Positions 23,605 through 31,033 of a stretch of 32,000 nt of DNA are shown piece after piece. The stretch is from Aquifex aeolicus VF5. Its GTDB lineage: Bacteria > Aquificota > Aquificia > Aquificales > Aquificaceae. Each line of letters opens with the position of its first letter. Position 1 is the stretch's first letter. The translations under genes and the position numbers were made by a program. Under the pieces are notes generated by a model. The model saw nothing but the letters and a program-made list of their open reading frames with translations, searched no databases and was not told the origin of the DNA. The stretch is taken from the NCBI RefSeq assembly GCF_000008625.1, contig NC_000918.1, positions 180,001 to 212,000 of the forward strand, written 5' to 3'.

Positions 23605-23996
23605 TACAAGCGTATTTATAAGACTGTTTACAAGAAATGATGAGAAGAAATTTGAAAAAGCGGAGAAACTTATAGATGATGCATCCAAGGGTAAAATTCA
23701 GTTATTCGTTCCGTTTATCGTAGTCGCGGAAATAGTTTGGGTCTTGGAGAAGGTTTACAAAGTTAATAGAGAAAACATAAGGGATGTGGTGGAGGCACTT
23801 ATCAATACACGTCCACGTAGCAATTACAGCATCGGAAAACTTTATTCTTTTTTCTACGTATAATTTTATAGCGTTAAGGATTAAATCTCTTTGTTCCACA
23901 TGTATACCACACTCATGAAAAACTTAGATGAACTAGTCACCTTTGACGAAACCGATTTCAAGAAATTAAAAGATATAAGAGTGAGAATTCTTTAGA
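23579..23996 (+). pseudogene. VapC-like PIN domain toxin, disrupted by an internal ~100-bp inversion
   Basis: N-terminal part on + (KIVVDTSVFIRLFTRNDEKKFEKAEKLIDDASKGKIQLFVPFIVVAEIVWVLEKVYKVNRENIRDVVEALINT, premature stop at 23861). C-terminal part on + in the same frame (MKNLDELVTFDETDFKKLKDIRVRIL, ATG 23915). Missing central helix/acidic motif on - (VEQRDLILNAIKLYVEKRIKFSDAVIATW). Confidence 0.8.
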
Positions 23997-24007
23997 AACT
24001 CTATTGC

Positions 24008-24754
24008 TTACGTTTTGAGCTTCCTCCCAAAAACCAAGTACGCCGTGTGGGCCACCATTTGATCCTCGGGTCTGAACCTTTCTGAGATAGTCTTGTAATG
24101 CCTGTGGAGTATCTCAACCACTTCAAGATTTCCGAAGTAATTTTCTATACTTTCCAGGAGCTTTATAACTTGATTTGCGGTGGGAAGGAGAAAACCAACT
24201 GGAGCACCCTCCATCAAGCTTTTGTGAACCTTTTCCAGATAATGCCAAGGTTCCCTTACGTCCACAAAGGCAGCGTGGAATATTCCTTCCGGGACTTCCG
24301 CGTCTTTGAAGTCCACGTTGAAAAACTTTACATTCTTTCCCAGATTGAACTTCTTCAAATTCTTCTGGGCTGTTTTGTAAAACTCTTCTACTGCTTCAAA
24401 GGTCCACACCTCTCCCGCAACTTCCGAGAGAACTGCAAGGAGTGCCCCGCTTCCAGTCCCGAACTCCAGAACTCTCTTTTCTTTGTTCAGGTTTAACTTC
24501 AGGGCTATATAAAAGGAATCCTTCGGGTATATTATCTGGGTTTTCCTCTCAAATCCGAGGAGTATGATCTCCTCGAGCGTTGGTCTGTAAACTTCAAATC
24601 CGTTTATCTTTACACCTTCGGGCTTTCCTATAACTTCGTCAAACTTTAAAACACTTTTCTTTACACTTAAACTCTGTTTTGGTAGCAGTTTCCTCAGGAA
24701 CTTCTTTTCCCCAAAGCGTATGAGGACGTACTCTCCTTCCTTAAAAGAGTTCAT
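24008..24754 (-). CDS. trmI: tRNA (adenine-58-N1)-methyltransferase TrmI
   Basis: 248 aa. KRKTQIIYPKDSFYIALKLNLNKEKRVLEFGTGSGALLAVLSEVAGEVWTFEAVEEF...VDVREPWHYLEKVHKSLMEGAPVGFLLPTANQV. Confidence 0.9.
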   Translation of the reverse strand: MNSFKEGEYVLIRFGEKKFLRKLLPKQSLSVKKSVLKFDEVIGKPEGVKINGFEVYRPTLEEIILLGFERKTQIIYPKDSFYIALKLNLNKEKRVLEFGTGSGALLAVLSEVAGEVWTFEAVEEFYKTAQKNLKKFNLGKNVKFFNVDFKDAEVPEGIFHAAFVDVREPWHYLEKVHKSLMEGAPVGFLLPTANQVIKLLESIENYFGNLEVVEILHRHYKTISERFRPEDQMVAHTAYLVFGRKLKT

Positions 24755-25580
24755 CGGAGAATATCTTTTCCGGGATTTCCGCCTTAATTATACCCCTTTC
24801 CTTTCCAAGTCTAAGTAAAAGCCTTACCGCTTCTCTTCCATCTTCTCCGTAATCCACAGTTCTCTCGTTCACGTACATACTCACAAACTTCTGAGTCCTT
24901 TCTAAGTCCTCGCTCAAATCCCTCGCGTAATTTATTGCGTATTCTAACGCCCTTTTCCTTTCCTTCAGTGCGTACTCAACACTTTCTCTCATAAGTCTCT
25001 CTATTTTCTTTACGACTTCCCTTCCGAGATCCTTTCTCACAACGTTGCAACCTAGAGGCAGAGGCAGTCCGTACTTTTCCTTCCACCACTCTCCCAGATC
25101 AACGATTTTCTTCAGTCCGTAGTCCTTGTAAGAGAGCTGACCTTCGTGAATAACTAGCCCCGCGTCCACTTTTCCTTCCAGCACTGCTTGTATTATCCTG
25201 TCAAAAGGAATGACTACGTGTTCAAAATCGGGTTCGTAGAGCTTAAGCGTTAGGAAAGCGGTTGTAAGCTCCCCGGGAACTGCTATCTTCTTCCCTTTTA
25301 AAGTACCGAGTTCTTCCCTTGCCACCACTATCGGACCGTAACCTTCTCCTATGCTTCCGCCGCTTGGAAGAACCGCGTACTTGTCTGCAACGTACGGGTA
25401 AGCGTGAAAGGAAATCGCAGAAACCTCGTAAGTTCCTTTGAGTGCTTCCCTGTTCAGGGTTTCTATATCCGCCAATACGTGTTCTATTTCAAGACCTTCC
25501 GTATCAATTAAACCCTTCACGAGCGGATAAAACATAAAAGCGTCGTCCGAATCGGGACTGTGAGCTATCCTGATCCTCAT
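24741..25580 (-). CDS. mqnD: 1,4-dihydroxy-6-naphthoate synthase (futalosine menaquinone pathway)
   Basis: 279 aa. MRIRIAHSPDSDDAFMFYPLVKG...DIETLNREALKGTYEVSAISFHAYPYVADKYAVLPSGGSIGEGYGPIVV. Confidence 0.88.
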   Translation of the reverse strand: MRIRIAHSPDSDDAFMFYPLVKGLIDTEGLEIEHVLADIETLNREALKGTYEVSAISFHAYPYVADKYAVLPSGGSIGEGYGPIVVAREELGTLKGKKIAVPGELTTAFLTLKLYEPDFEHVVIPFDRIIQAVLEGKVDAGLVIHEGQLSYKDYGLKKIVDLGEWWKEKYGLPLPLGCNVVRKDLGREVVKKIERLMRESVEYALKERKRALEYAINYARDLSEDLERTQKFVSMYVNERTVDYGEDGREAVRLLLRLGKERGIIKAEIPEKIFSDELF

Positions 25581-25588
25581 AATCTTAA

Positions 25589-26026
25589 TTATTGTAATAA
25601 CAGATAAAGAACCACGGAAGTGATCAGTCCTCCCACCACATCGTCCATCATAACTCCAAGTCCACCGGGGAAGTTTTCAAACAGGTTCACGGGAAAGGGT
25701 TTAAGAATGTCCACAACCCTGAAAATAATGAATGCGAGAATTAAGGATTTTAGGGTAGGTTCTACAAAAAGGAAACACAGTAAGTACCCTACGATTTCGT
25801 CTATAACAACCTGTTCCGGATCTTCGTCTCTTAAGTTCTGAACCATGTACTCCGAGGAAATCCAACCGAGAAAAAAGAAAATTAAAGTTCCAAAAAGGTA
25901 TAAATTCCTGTCAAGGTAAAGAAGTAAAACTAAAGGAATTCCCACAAGTGTTCCAAAGGTTCCTGGGGCAACGGGCAGTTTTCCCACGAGGAAACCCGTA
26001 GCTAAAAACTCTAGAATTACGGACAT
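25589..26026 (-). CDS. pgpA: Phosphatidylglycerophosphatase A
   Basis: 145 aa. FLATGFLVGKLPVAPGTFGTLVGIPLVLLL...DPEQVVIDEIVGYLL...FRVVDILKPFPVNLFENFPGGLGVMMDDVVGG. Confidence 0.93.
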   Translation of the reverse strand: MSVILEFLATGFLVGKLPVAPGTFGTLVGIPLVLLLYLDRNLYLFGTLIFFFLGWISSEYMVQNLRDEDPEQVVIDEIVGYLLCFLFVEPTLKSLILAFIIFRVVDILKPFPVNLFENFPGGLGVMMDDVVGGLITSVVLYLLLQ

Positions 26027-26045
26027 AGGTTTACATTTTAACTTT

Positions 26046-26138
26046 ATGGAACAGGTTATTTTTCTGTTACTGCTGGCACTAATAGGCGGACTCCTTTTGT
26101 GGAAAGGAAGGAGAAAGAAAAATTGTTGTGAGGTTTAA
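26046..26138 (+). CDS. Candidate 30-aa single-TM peptide with Cys-Cys tail
   Basis: MEQVIFLLLLALIGGLLLWKGRRKKNCCEV*, read by hand and below the ORF-track size limit. Resembles small Cys-rich membrane peptides in layout (one TM, basic patch, CC), but has no clear SD. Confidence 0.4.
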   Translation: MEQVIFLLLLALIGGLLLWKGRRKKNCCEV

Positions 26139-27067
26139 ACCTTTTCGGGAAATCTTATCTCCACTTTCGTTCCCTTTCCCCTTTCACTTTGTATGTTTAT
26201 TTTTGCCCCGTAATTCTGGGCTATCTTCTTCACGAGTGCAAGTCCAAGTCCAAGACCTTTGCTCTCTTCTCCTTTTACAAAAGGCTCAAGTATTAAAGGG
26301 ATTTTCCTGTTTTCTATACCTATTCCCGTATCTTCTACGGAAAGAACAATTGCGTTTTCGTCTTTTCGGGTTTCTACTAAGACTTTCCCTCCTCTCTTGT
26401 TGTACTCCACCGCGTTCTGGAGCAAATTCCTGATGATAACCTTTATCTCCTCTCTGTTTCCCTTTAAGCATTTTTCCTTTAAATCAATTTCTACGGAAAT
26501 TTCTTTCTCCTTTATGTTTTCTTCTAAATCTTTCAAAACTTCACTTAAAACTTCTTCTAAATTTACTTCCTCCCTGACCTTGCCCTTTCCTTTAGAGAAG
26601 CTGAGCATGTAAACGGTTTCCGTCAGGGATATAGCTTCCTTTACCCTCTTCAGAGCCCTTCCTATGAGTTCCCGTTTTACAGACTCTTCTTCCATGTCCA
26701 GCAAGGTTTCTAACGTGTTCATCACAACCGCCAGAGGGGTCTTCAATTCGTGACTGAGGTTTGCTAAAAATTCCTTTTGTGTCTCCTTCATGAGTTCTCT
26801 ATCCGTTATGTCCTTGACTAGTATACCAACCCCGTCCTCGTAAAGAAAGGTTCTTACCGCGTAAGTTCTATCCCTGAAGGTTATTCCTTTTTCCTGCGGT
26901 GTTCTGGTCTGGTAAGTTTCTTGTATTAAACCAATCAATTCTACACTCCTCAAACTCTCGTAGTATGTCCTTCCCTCTTTGCCTAAACTCTCCTTTAACC
27001 TCTGGTTCATGAATTTAACGTTCCCCTCCCCGTCAAAAATCGCTACACCTTCTTCCAAGAAGTTCAA
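26135..27067 (-). CDS. PhoR-like sensor histidine kinase (PAS-HisKA-HATPase)
   Basis: 310 aa, TTG start. EFLANLSHELKTPLAVVMNTLETLL (H box), NLLQNAVEYNKRGG (N box), VEDTGIGIE, GLGLGLALVKKIA. Confidence 0.9.
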   Translation of the reverse strand: MNFLEEGVAIFDGEGNVKFMNQRLKESLGKEGRTYYESLRSVELIGLIQETYQTRTPQEKGITFRDRTYAVRTFLYEDGVGILVKDITDRELMKETQKEFLANLSHELKTPLAVVMNTLETLLDMEEESVKRELIGRALKRVKEAISLTETVYMLSFSKGKGKVREEVNLEEVLSEVLKDLEENIKEKEISVEIDLKEKCLKGNREEIKVIIRNLLQNAVEYNKRGGKVLVETRKDENAIVLSVEDTGIGIENRKIPLILEPFVKGEESKGLGLGLALVKKIAQNYGAKINIQSERGKGTKVEIRFPEKV

Positions 27068-27155
27068 AAAGCTCGAACATAGTAATATATTAATAAGTCT
27101 TGAAATCTTATACTAATATACTTAAATTTTCTATTAACATTAATTTAAAACATTT

Positions 27156-27199
27156 CCTTAACCGAAACTTAAAATTTGGGGTTTAAAACCTTAAGTAAG
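27156..27199. promoter_or_regulatory. 11-bp-phased CTTAA direct repeats, candidate OmpR/PhoB-type operator
   Basis: Consecutive 11-mers CCTTAACCGAA / ACTTAAAATTT / GGGGTTTAAAA / CCTTAAGTAAG. CTTAA starts at 27157, 27168 and 27190 (spacings of 11 and 22). Confidence 0.35.
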
Positions 27200-27209
27200 G
27201 AGGTGTGAG

Positions 27210-27386
27210 ATGAAGGTCTTAGCAGTCAGGAATAAGAGGCAGAAAGAGAGGGTAATTAGTAGGTTTTTGAAAAAGAGGAAGGTTGTAGCGGTTGTGAACA
27301 ATCCCTCTCAGCTGAAGAACGATATTTTAAAGAAAGCGGATGTTGTAATTTATGAGGAGGAAGATGGAAAGGATAGCTCTAATTGA
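27210..27386 (+). CDS. Candidate 58-aa protein upstream of the phoB-like response regulator
   Basis: ATG 27210 preceded by TAAGGAGGTGTGAG (strong SD). Translation MKVLAVRNKRQKERVISRFLKKRKVVAVVNNPSQLKNDILKKADVVIYEEEDGKDSSN*. Its end overlaps the start of the response regulator. Missed by the ~60-aa track cutoff. Confidence 0.7.
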   Translation: MKVLAVRNKRQKERVISRFLKKRKVVAVVNNPSQLKNDILKKADVVIYEEEDGKDSSN

Positions 27387-28038
27387 GGACGACAAGGATT
27401 TAGCCTTTCTCGTGAAACTGAATTTAGAAAGGGAGGGGTTTGAAGTAGAGCACTTTGAACGTGCCACTCCCTTCTTTAAGTTCATTTCTGAAAACAGTGT
27501 AGACCTTATCCTCATAGACATTATGCTTCCCGACCTAGATGGATTCAGGATAGCTAACTTCTTAAAGAGCAGGGCGGATTTAAAAGAAATTCCCGTTATA
27601 TTCATAACCGCAAAAGGGGAGGAAGAGGACAAACTAAAGGGCTTTGAACTGGGAGCGGACGATTACATAACTAAACCCTTTTCCATGAAAGAGTTAATAG
27701 CAAGAGTAAGAGCCGTTCTAAAGAGGTATAAAAAGGTTTCCGAGAGCAAAGTTTTAAAGTACGAGGGCGTTGAGCTGGACACGGAAAGACAAAAACTTTT
27801 CGTGGACGGTAGGGAGGTATACCTGACTCCTGCGGAGTTTAAAATCCTGAAAACCTTGATGGAAAACTTCGGAAGACCTGTCAGTCGTTCGTCCCTCGTT
27901 GAAAAGCTCTGGGATTACGAGAGGGAAACCACGGAGAGGGCTATAGACGTTCACGTAAAGCACATAAGAGACAAGCTCGGAAAGTATAAGGGTCTTATAA
28001 AAACTGTGAGGGGTGTCGGATACAAGTTCGAAAATTAA
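27364..28038 (+). CDS. OmpR/PhoB family response regulator
   Basis: Receiver RIALIEDDKDLAFLVKLNLEREGF...VDLILIDIMLPDLDGFR...VIFITAKGEEED...GADDYITKPFSMKELIARVRAVLKR and winged-helix C-terminus. The track start is 27352; ATG 27364 has a GAGGAGG SD-like element. Confidence 0.93.
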   Translation: MERIALIEDDKDLAFLVKLNLEREGFEVEHFERATPFFKFISENSVDLILIDIMLPDLDGFRIANFLKSRADLKEIPVIFITAKGEEEDKLKGFELGADDYITKPFSMKELIARVRAVLKRYKKVSESKVLKYEGVELDTERQKLFVDGREVYLTPAEFKILKTLMENFGRPVSRSSLVEKLWDYERETTERAIDVHVKHIRDKLGKYKGLIKTVRGVGYKFEN

Positions 28039-28048
28039 ACTTTTATTT

Positions 28049-28645
28049 ATGTCCAAACTCAAGACTGAAAAAGAGTTGAAGAAACGGGAAATAATGAGGG
28101 TAGCCTGTAAACTCTTTGCCCAGAAAGGCTATCACAACACCACTATGCCAGATATAGCTAAAGCATTAGGTATGAGTGTTGGAAACCTCTACAACTACTT
28201 CTCCTCAAAAGAAGAACTGGCAAAGGAGATAATGCTCTTTACCTCTAAACTCGTGGGGGAAAGATTGAGAAAGGTAAACGAGAGTAATCTGGATTTCAAG
28301 GAAAAGACAAAGCTTCTCGTCAAGAGCTTTTTACAAATAGCCCTCGAAGAACCCGAACTCATAAATTACTTCCTGAAAGTTTACCTCGTAAATACGGAAG
28401 TTTTTAAAGATGATTGTAAAGGTTTTGCGTGCGTCAGTGACGTGGTAACGGAAGTTATGATATTTGTGAGTGACGGGGTTGAAAAGGGCATTTTCAGGAA
28501 TCAGGACTTCTTCACAGCCTTTGTAACCATTATGGGTCCTCTTGGGGGTATAGTATTTCTCCACAACGAAGGACTCCTCGAGAAACCCCTTCTTGAATAC
28601 GCCGAAGAACTTGCACAGAATATATGGAACGCTTTAAAAGCTTAA
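28049..28645 (+). CDS. TetR/AcrR family transcriptional regulator
   Basis: EIMRVACKLFAQKGYHNTTMPDIAKALGMSVGNLYNYFSSKEELAKEI. The track starts at 28013, but ATG 28049 (MSKLKTEKELKKREIM) is the likelier start. Confidence 0.9.
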   Translation: MSKLKTEKELKKREIMRVACKLFAQKGYHNTTMPDIAKALGMSVGNLYNYFSSKEELAKEIMLFTSKLVGERLRKVNESNLDFKEKTKLLVKSFLQIALEEPELINYFLKVYLVNTEVFKDDCKGFACVSDVVTEVMIFVSDGVEKGIFRNQDFFTAFVTIMGPLGGIVFLHNEGLLEKPLLEYAEELAQNIWNALKA

Positions 28646-29841
28646 CAAATCTTATCAAAAGCCTGTTTTTCTAAAAATCCTACAAGGTGTTTAAACTTCC
28701 TATCCTTTTTCTTCTCCTCCTCCACGGACCTTATGGCGTGTATGACCGTAGTGTGATCCTTCCTCTTAAAAGCCCTTGCGATTTCTATCAGACTTGCGGA
28801 ACACACCTTCCTGCACAGGTACATCGCTATCTTTCTCGCCTCGCTCGTCCTTTTATTCCTCTTGTCAGAGAGTATGTCTTCCACCTTCACCGCGTAGTAA
28901 TTTGCCACAAACTCTACTATTTGCATTAGCTTGTCCCTTTCCTTCCTTTCTTTTCTTTCTAAGCCTTCAAATCCCTTTAACTTTATGAGTTTAATCTTCC
29001 CCTCTATCTCCCTTACGTTTTTCGTGTTCTCTAAAAGGTAATCAATAACTTCCTTTCTGAGTTCAAGGTTAAACTCCTTTAACTTTTCCTTTATTATCTT
29101 GAACCTCGTTTTATTGTCCAGCTCTATCTCTACCAGAATACCGCCTTCGAACCTGCTCACCAGTCTGTCAGAAACTCCGTCGAGCTTTTGAGGGTGTCTG
29201 TCTGAGGCTAGGATTATCTGCTTTTCTAGGAGGTAGAGAGTATTAAAAATGTGGAAAAACTCTATCTGAGTTCTTTCCTTCCCCGAAAGGAATTGAACGT
29301 CGTCGAGGAGAAGAAGGTCAACACTCTTGTACATATTCCTGAACTCGTTTATCGTTCCCTTTTTCAGATGTTCAACCATAGCCTGTGCAAAGTCGTCCGC
29401 CGAGGAGTATATAACTCTGTAGCCTCTCTTTTTCGCTTCGTTTCCCGCGGCCTGAAGGAGGTGTGTCTTTCCAGTTCCCACGCTACCGTATATAAAGATC
29501 GGGTTGTACAAACTTCCGAGGTTTTCTAAAGCTTCCTTTACTACCTCGTAAGCGAGTCTGTTCCCCTCACCTACTATAAAGTTCTCCAGAGTGTACTTGG
29601 GATTGAGGAAGTCCTTTATCTCTACCTTTTTCTTTTCTTCCTTTTCTTTTACCTCTATAAGTTTTCTTACTTCTTCTTCTAAGAAGGTGTTCACTATTGT
29701 CTCGAGCCACTCTCTGTAGTCTTCTCCTGGAGCTATGAACAAAAACTTTCCCTTTTCCTGTTTTATCTCGAATTTTTTCAAAAACTCCCTCGCGTAGGAG
29801 TCCACGCTCTCTATCTTCTTTATTAGTGCGTTTAGTTCCAT
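28642..29841 (-). CDS. dnaA: Chromosomal replication initiator protein DnaA
   Basis: 399 aa. NPKYTLENFIVGEGNRLAYEVVKEALE, Walker A GSVGTGKTHLLQAAGNEA, LLLLDDVQFLSGKERTQIEFFHIFNTLY, C-terminal RKDHTTVIHAIRSVEE. Confidence 0.97.
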   Translation of the reverse strand: MELNALIKKIESVDSYAREFLKKFEIKQEKGKFLFIAPGEDYREWLETIVNTFLEEEVRKLIEVKEKEEKKKVEIKDFLNPKYTLENFIVGEGNRLAYEVVKEALENLGSLYNPIFIYGSVGTGKTHLLQAAGNEAKKRGYRVIYSSADDFAQAMVEHLKKGTINEFRNMYKSVDLLLLDDVQFLSGKERTQIEFFHIFNTLYLLEKQIILASDRHPQKLDGVSDRLVSRFEGGILVEIELDNKTRFKIIKEKLKEFNLELRKEVIDYLLENTKNVREIEGKIKLIKLKGFEGLERKERKERDKLMQIVEFVANYYAVKVEDILSDKRNKRTSEARKIAMYLCRKVCSASLIEIARAFKRKDHTTVIHAIRSVEEEKKKDRKFKHLVGFLEKQAFDKIC

Positions 29842-29855
29842 CTACAAAAAGCTCA

Positions 29856-29864
29856 TTATCCACG
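29856..29864. promoter_or_regulatory. DnaA-box-like 9-mer TTATCCACG upstream of dnaA
   Basis: One mismatch to the classical TTATCCACA box. About 15 bp upstream of the dnaA start codon (minus-strand gene). Confidence 0.45.
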
Positions 29865-29931
29865 GGAAAGTGAAGGAGGTAAACTCAAAAAAGTCAAGGA
29901 GAGTGAAAGGGAAAAGAGGAAAGAACTTAAA

Positions 29932-30942
29932 TCACTTAAAGAGTGTTAAAAACTTTTCCCTCTCTACCGGCGGTATTTCAAGGACTTTGATGTTTTCGAG
30001 CAGGTGTTGAGTCTTGCTCATTCCTATTAGGAAAGTTCCCACTCCCGGGGTGCTCCTTACAAACTGTATGGCCACGTGAACGTCGTTTTCAAGTCCGAAG
30101 AATTCCTTTAACCTTTCGGGTACTCTTCCTATTACGTTTCCCTGATAAATGGTTGCGCTGATATACGTGTAAACGCCGAGTTCCTGTGCAGCTTCCAGAG
30201 TGGATAGCGTTTTGCCACTTACCTGCTGGTTCTTAAGCGTGAAGGCTTCCGGCATACCGAGGTTGTAGGGGAGCTGTATGAACTTAAAGTGGTGGTTTTC
30301 GCCCGCAACGCTCTTTGCTATGTCCAGAATTTCCAAAAGACTTAAGTACTGCCTAGAAGAGGGAGTAAGTCTAAAACCGTGCCACGTTGCAAAGCCGTAG
30401 AACTTGAGCTTTCCTTCCGAAACCTTCTCCTCTAAAAGTTCAAAACACTCGGCCACCTTTTTATTGAAACGATTCCTGTCCACGTAAAGGAGTTGCTCCT
30501 CTGGGTTATGTAGGAAGTACACGTCTATGTAATCGGTTTTCATGTTTTCAAGGCTTTTGTTGAAGCACCAGTTTATGAATTCCCTTCCAAGGTAGTGTCC
30601 CTGAGGTGTCATTTCAGAGAGGTCTATAATCCCCGTCTTTAGAAAGTTCTTTTCAAAGTACTCCTTAGGGTCTTCACCGCTTTCTACGTCGTAGGGGATG
30701 TATCCGCCTTTTGTGGAAACAATTACCTTTTCCCTTTCAACCTCCTGAAGGACTTTACCCACAACCCTTTCGCTCTTCATGTACCTGTAATTGATTGCGG
30801 TATCAACAACGTTTATTCCAAGCTCAACAGCCTTCTTTATCGTTTCGTAATAACCCCTGTCCGTCTCCTCGTCGAGCTCACCGAGATACGTCCCGACGCC
30901 CATTTCTGAAAGTCTTAATCCTTCAAACTCTTTGTAAAGCAT
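29932..30942 (-). CDS. Aldo/keto reductase family protein
   Basis: 336 aa. LRLSEMGVGTYLGELDEETDRGYYETIKKAVELGINVVDTAINYRYMKSERVVGKVL...MKTDYIDVYFLHNPEEQ...IQLPYNLGMPEA...PGVGTFLIGMSKTQHLLENIKV. Confidence 0.9.
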   Translation of the reverse strand: MLYKEFEGLRLSEMGVGTYLGELDEETDRGYYETIKKAVELGINVVDTAINYRYMKSERVVGKVLQEVEREKVIVSTKGGYIPYDVESGEDPKEYFEKNFLKTGIIDLSEMTPQGHYLGREFINWCFNKSLENMKTDYIDVYFLHNPEEQLLYVDRNRFNKKVAECFELLEEKVSEGKLKFYGFATWHGFRLTPSSRQYLSLLEILDIAKSVAGENHHFKFIQLPYNLGMPEAFTLKNQQVSGKTLSTLEAAQELGVYTYISATIYQGNVIGRVPERLKEFFGLENDVHVAIQFVRSTPGVGTFLIGMSKTQHLLENIKVLEIPPVEREKFLTLFK

Positions 30943-31033
30943 AATGTAGTTAATTTTAAGTTAGGAACACAGCTTGGGATTTCCTTAAGGGAATATAATA
31001 TTTATTTAGTAAATCTTTATAAGGAGTGGAGAA

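Noticed and set aside
23702-23899. Minus-strand 65-aa ORF as a real separate gene
   Set aside because: Only its N-terminal ~27 residues have a recognisable pattern, and they match the missing middle of the adjacent PIN protein. I treat it as an inverted fragment.
23805-23905. Clean reversible site-specific DNA inversion switch
   Set aside because: Not adopted as the main reading. The flanking repeat is only 8 bp and imperfect, no invertase is in the window, and a symmetrical flip does not restore the frame.
28331-29863. ORFs antisense to the second tetR gene and dnaA (28331..28564, 28687..28929, 28776..28988, 29251..29529) and the minus ORF 29567..29863
   Set aside because: They overlap strong TetR and DnaA frames. 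29567..29863 is the same strand as dnaA but an alternative frame, with a highly basic, low-complexity translation.
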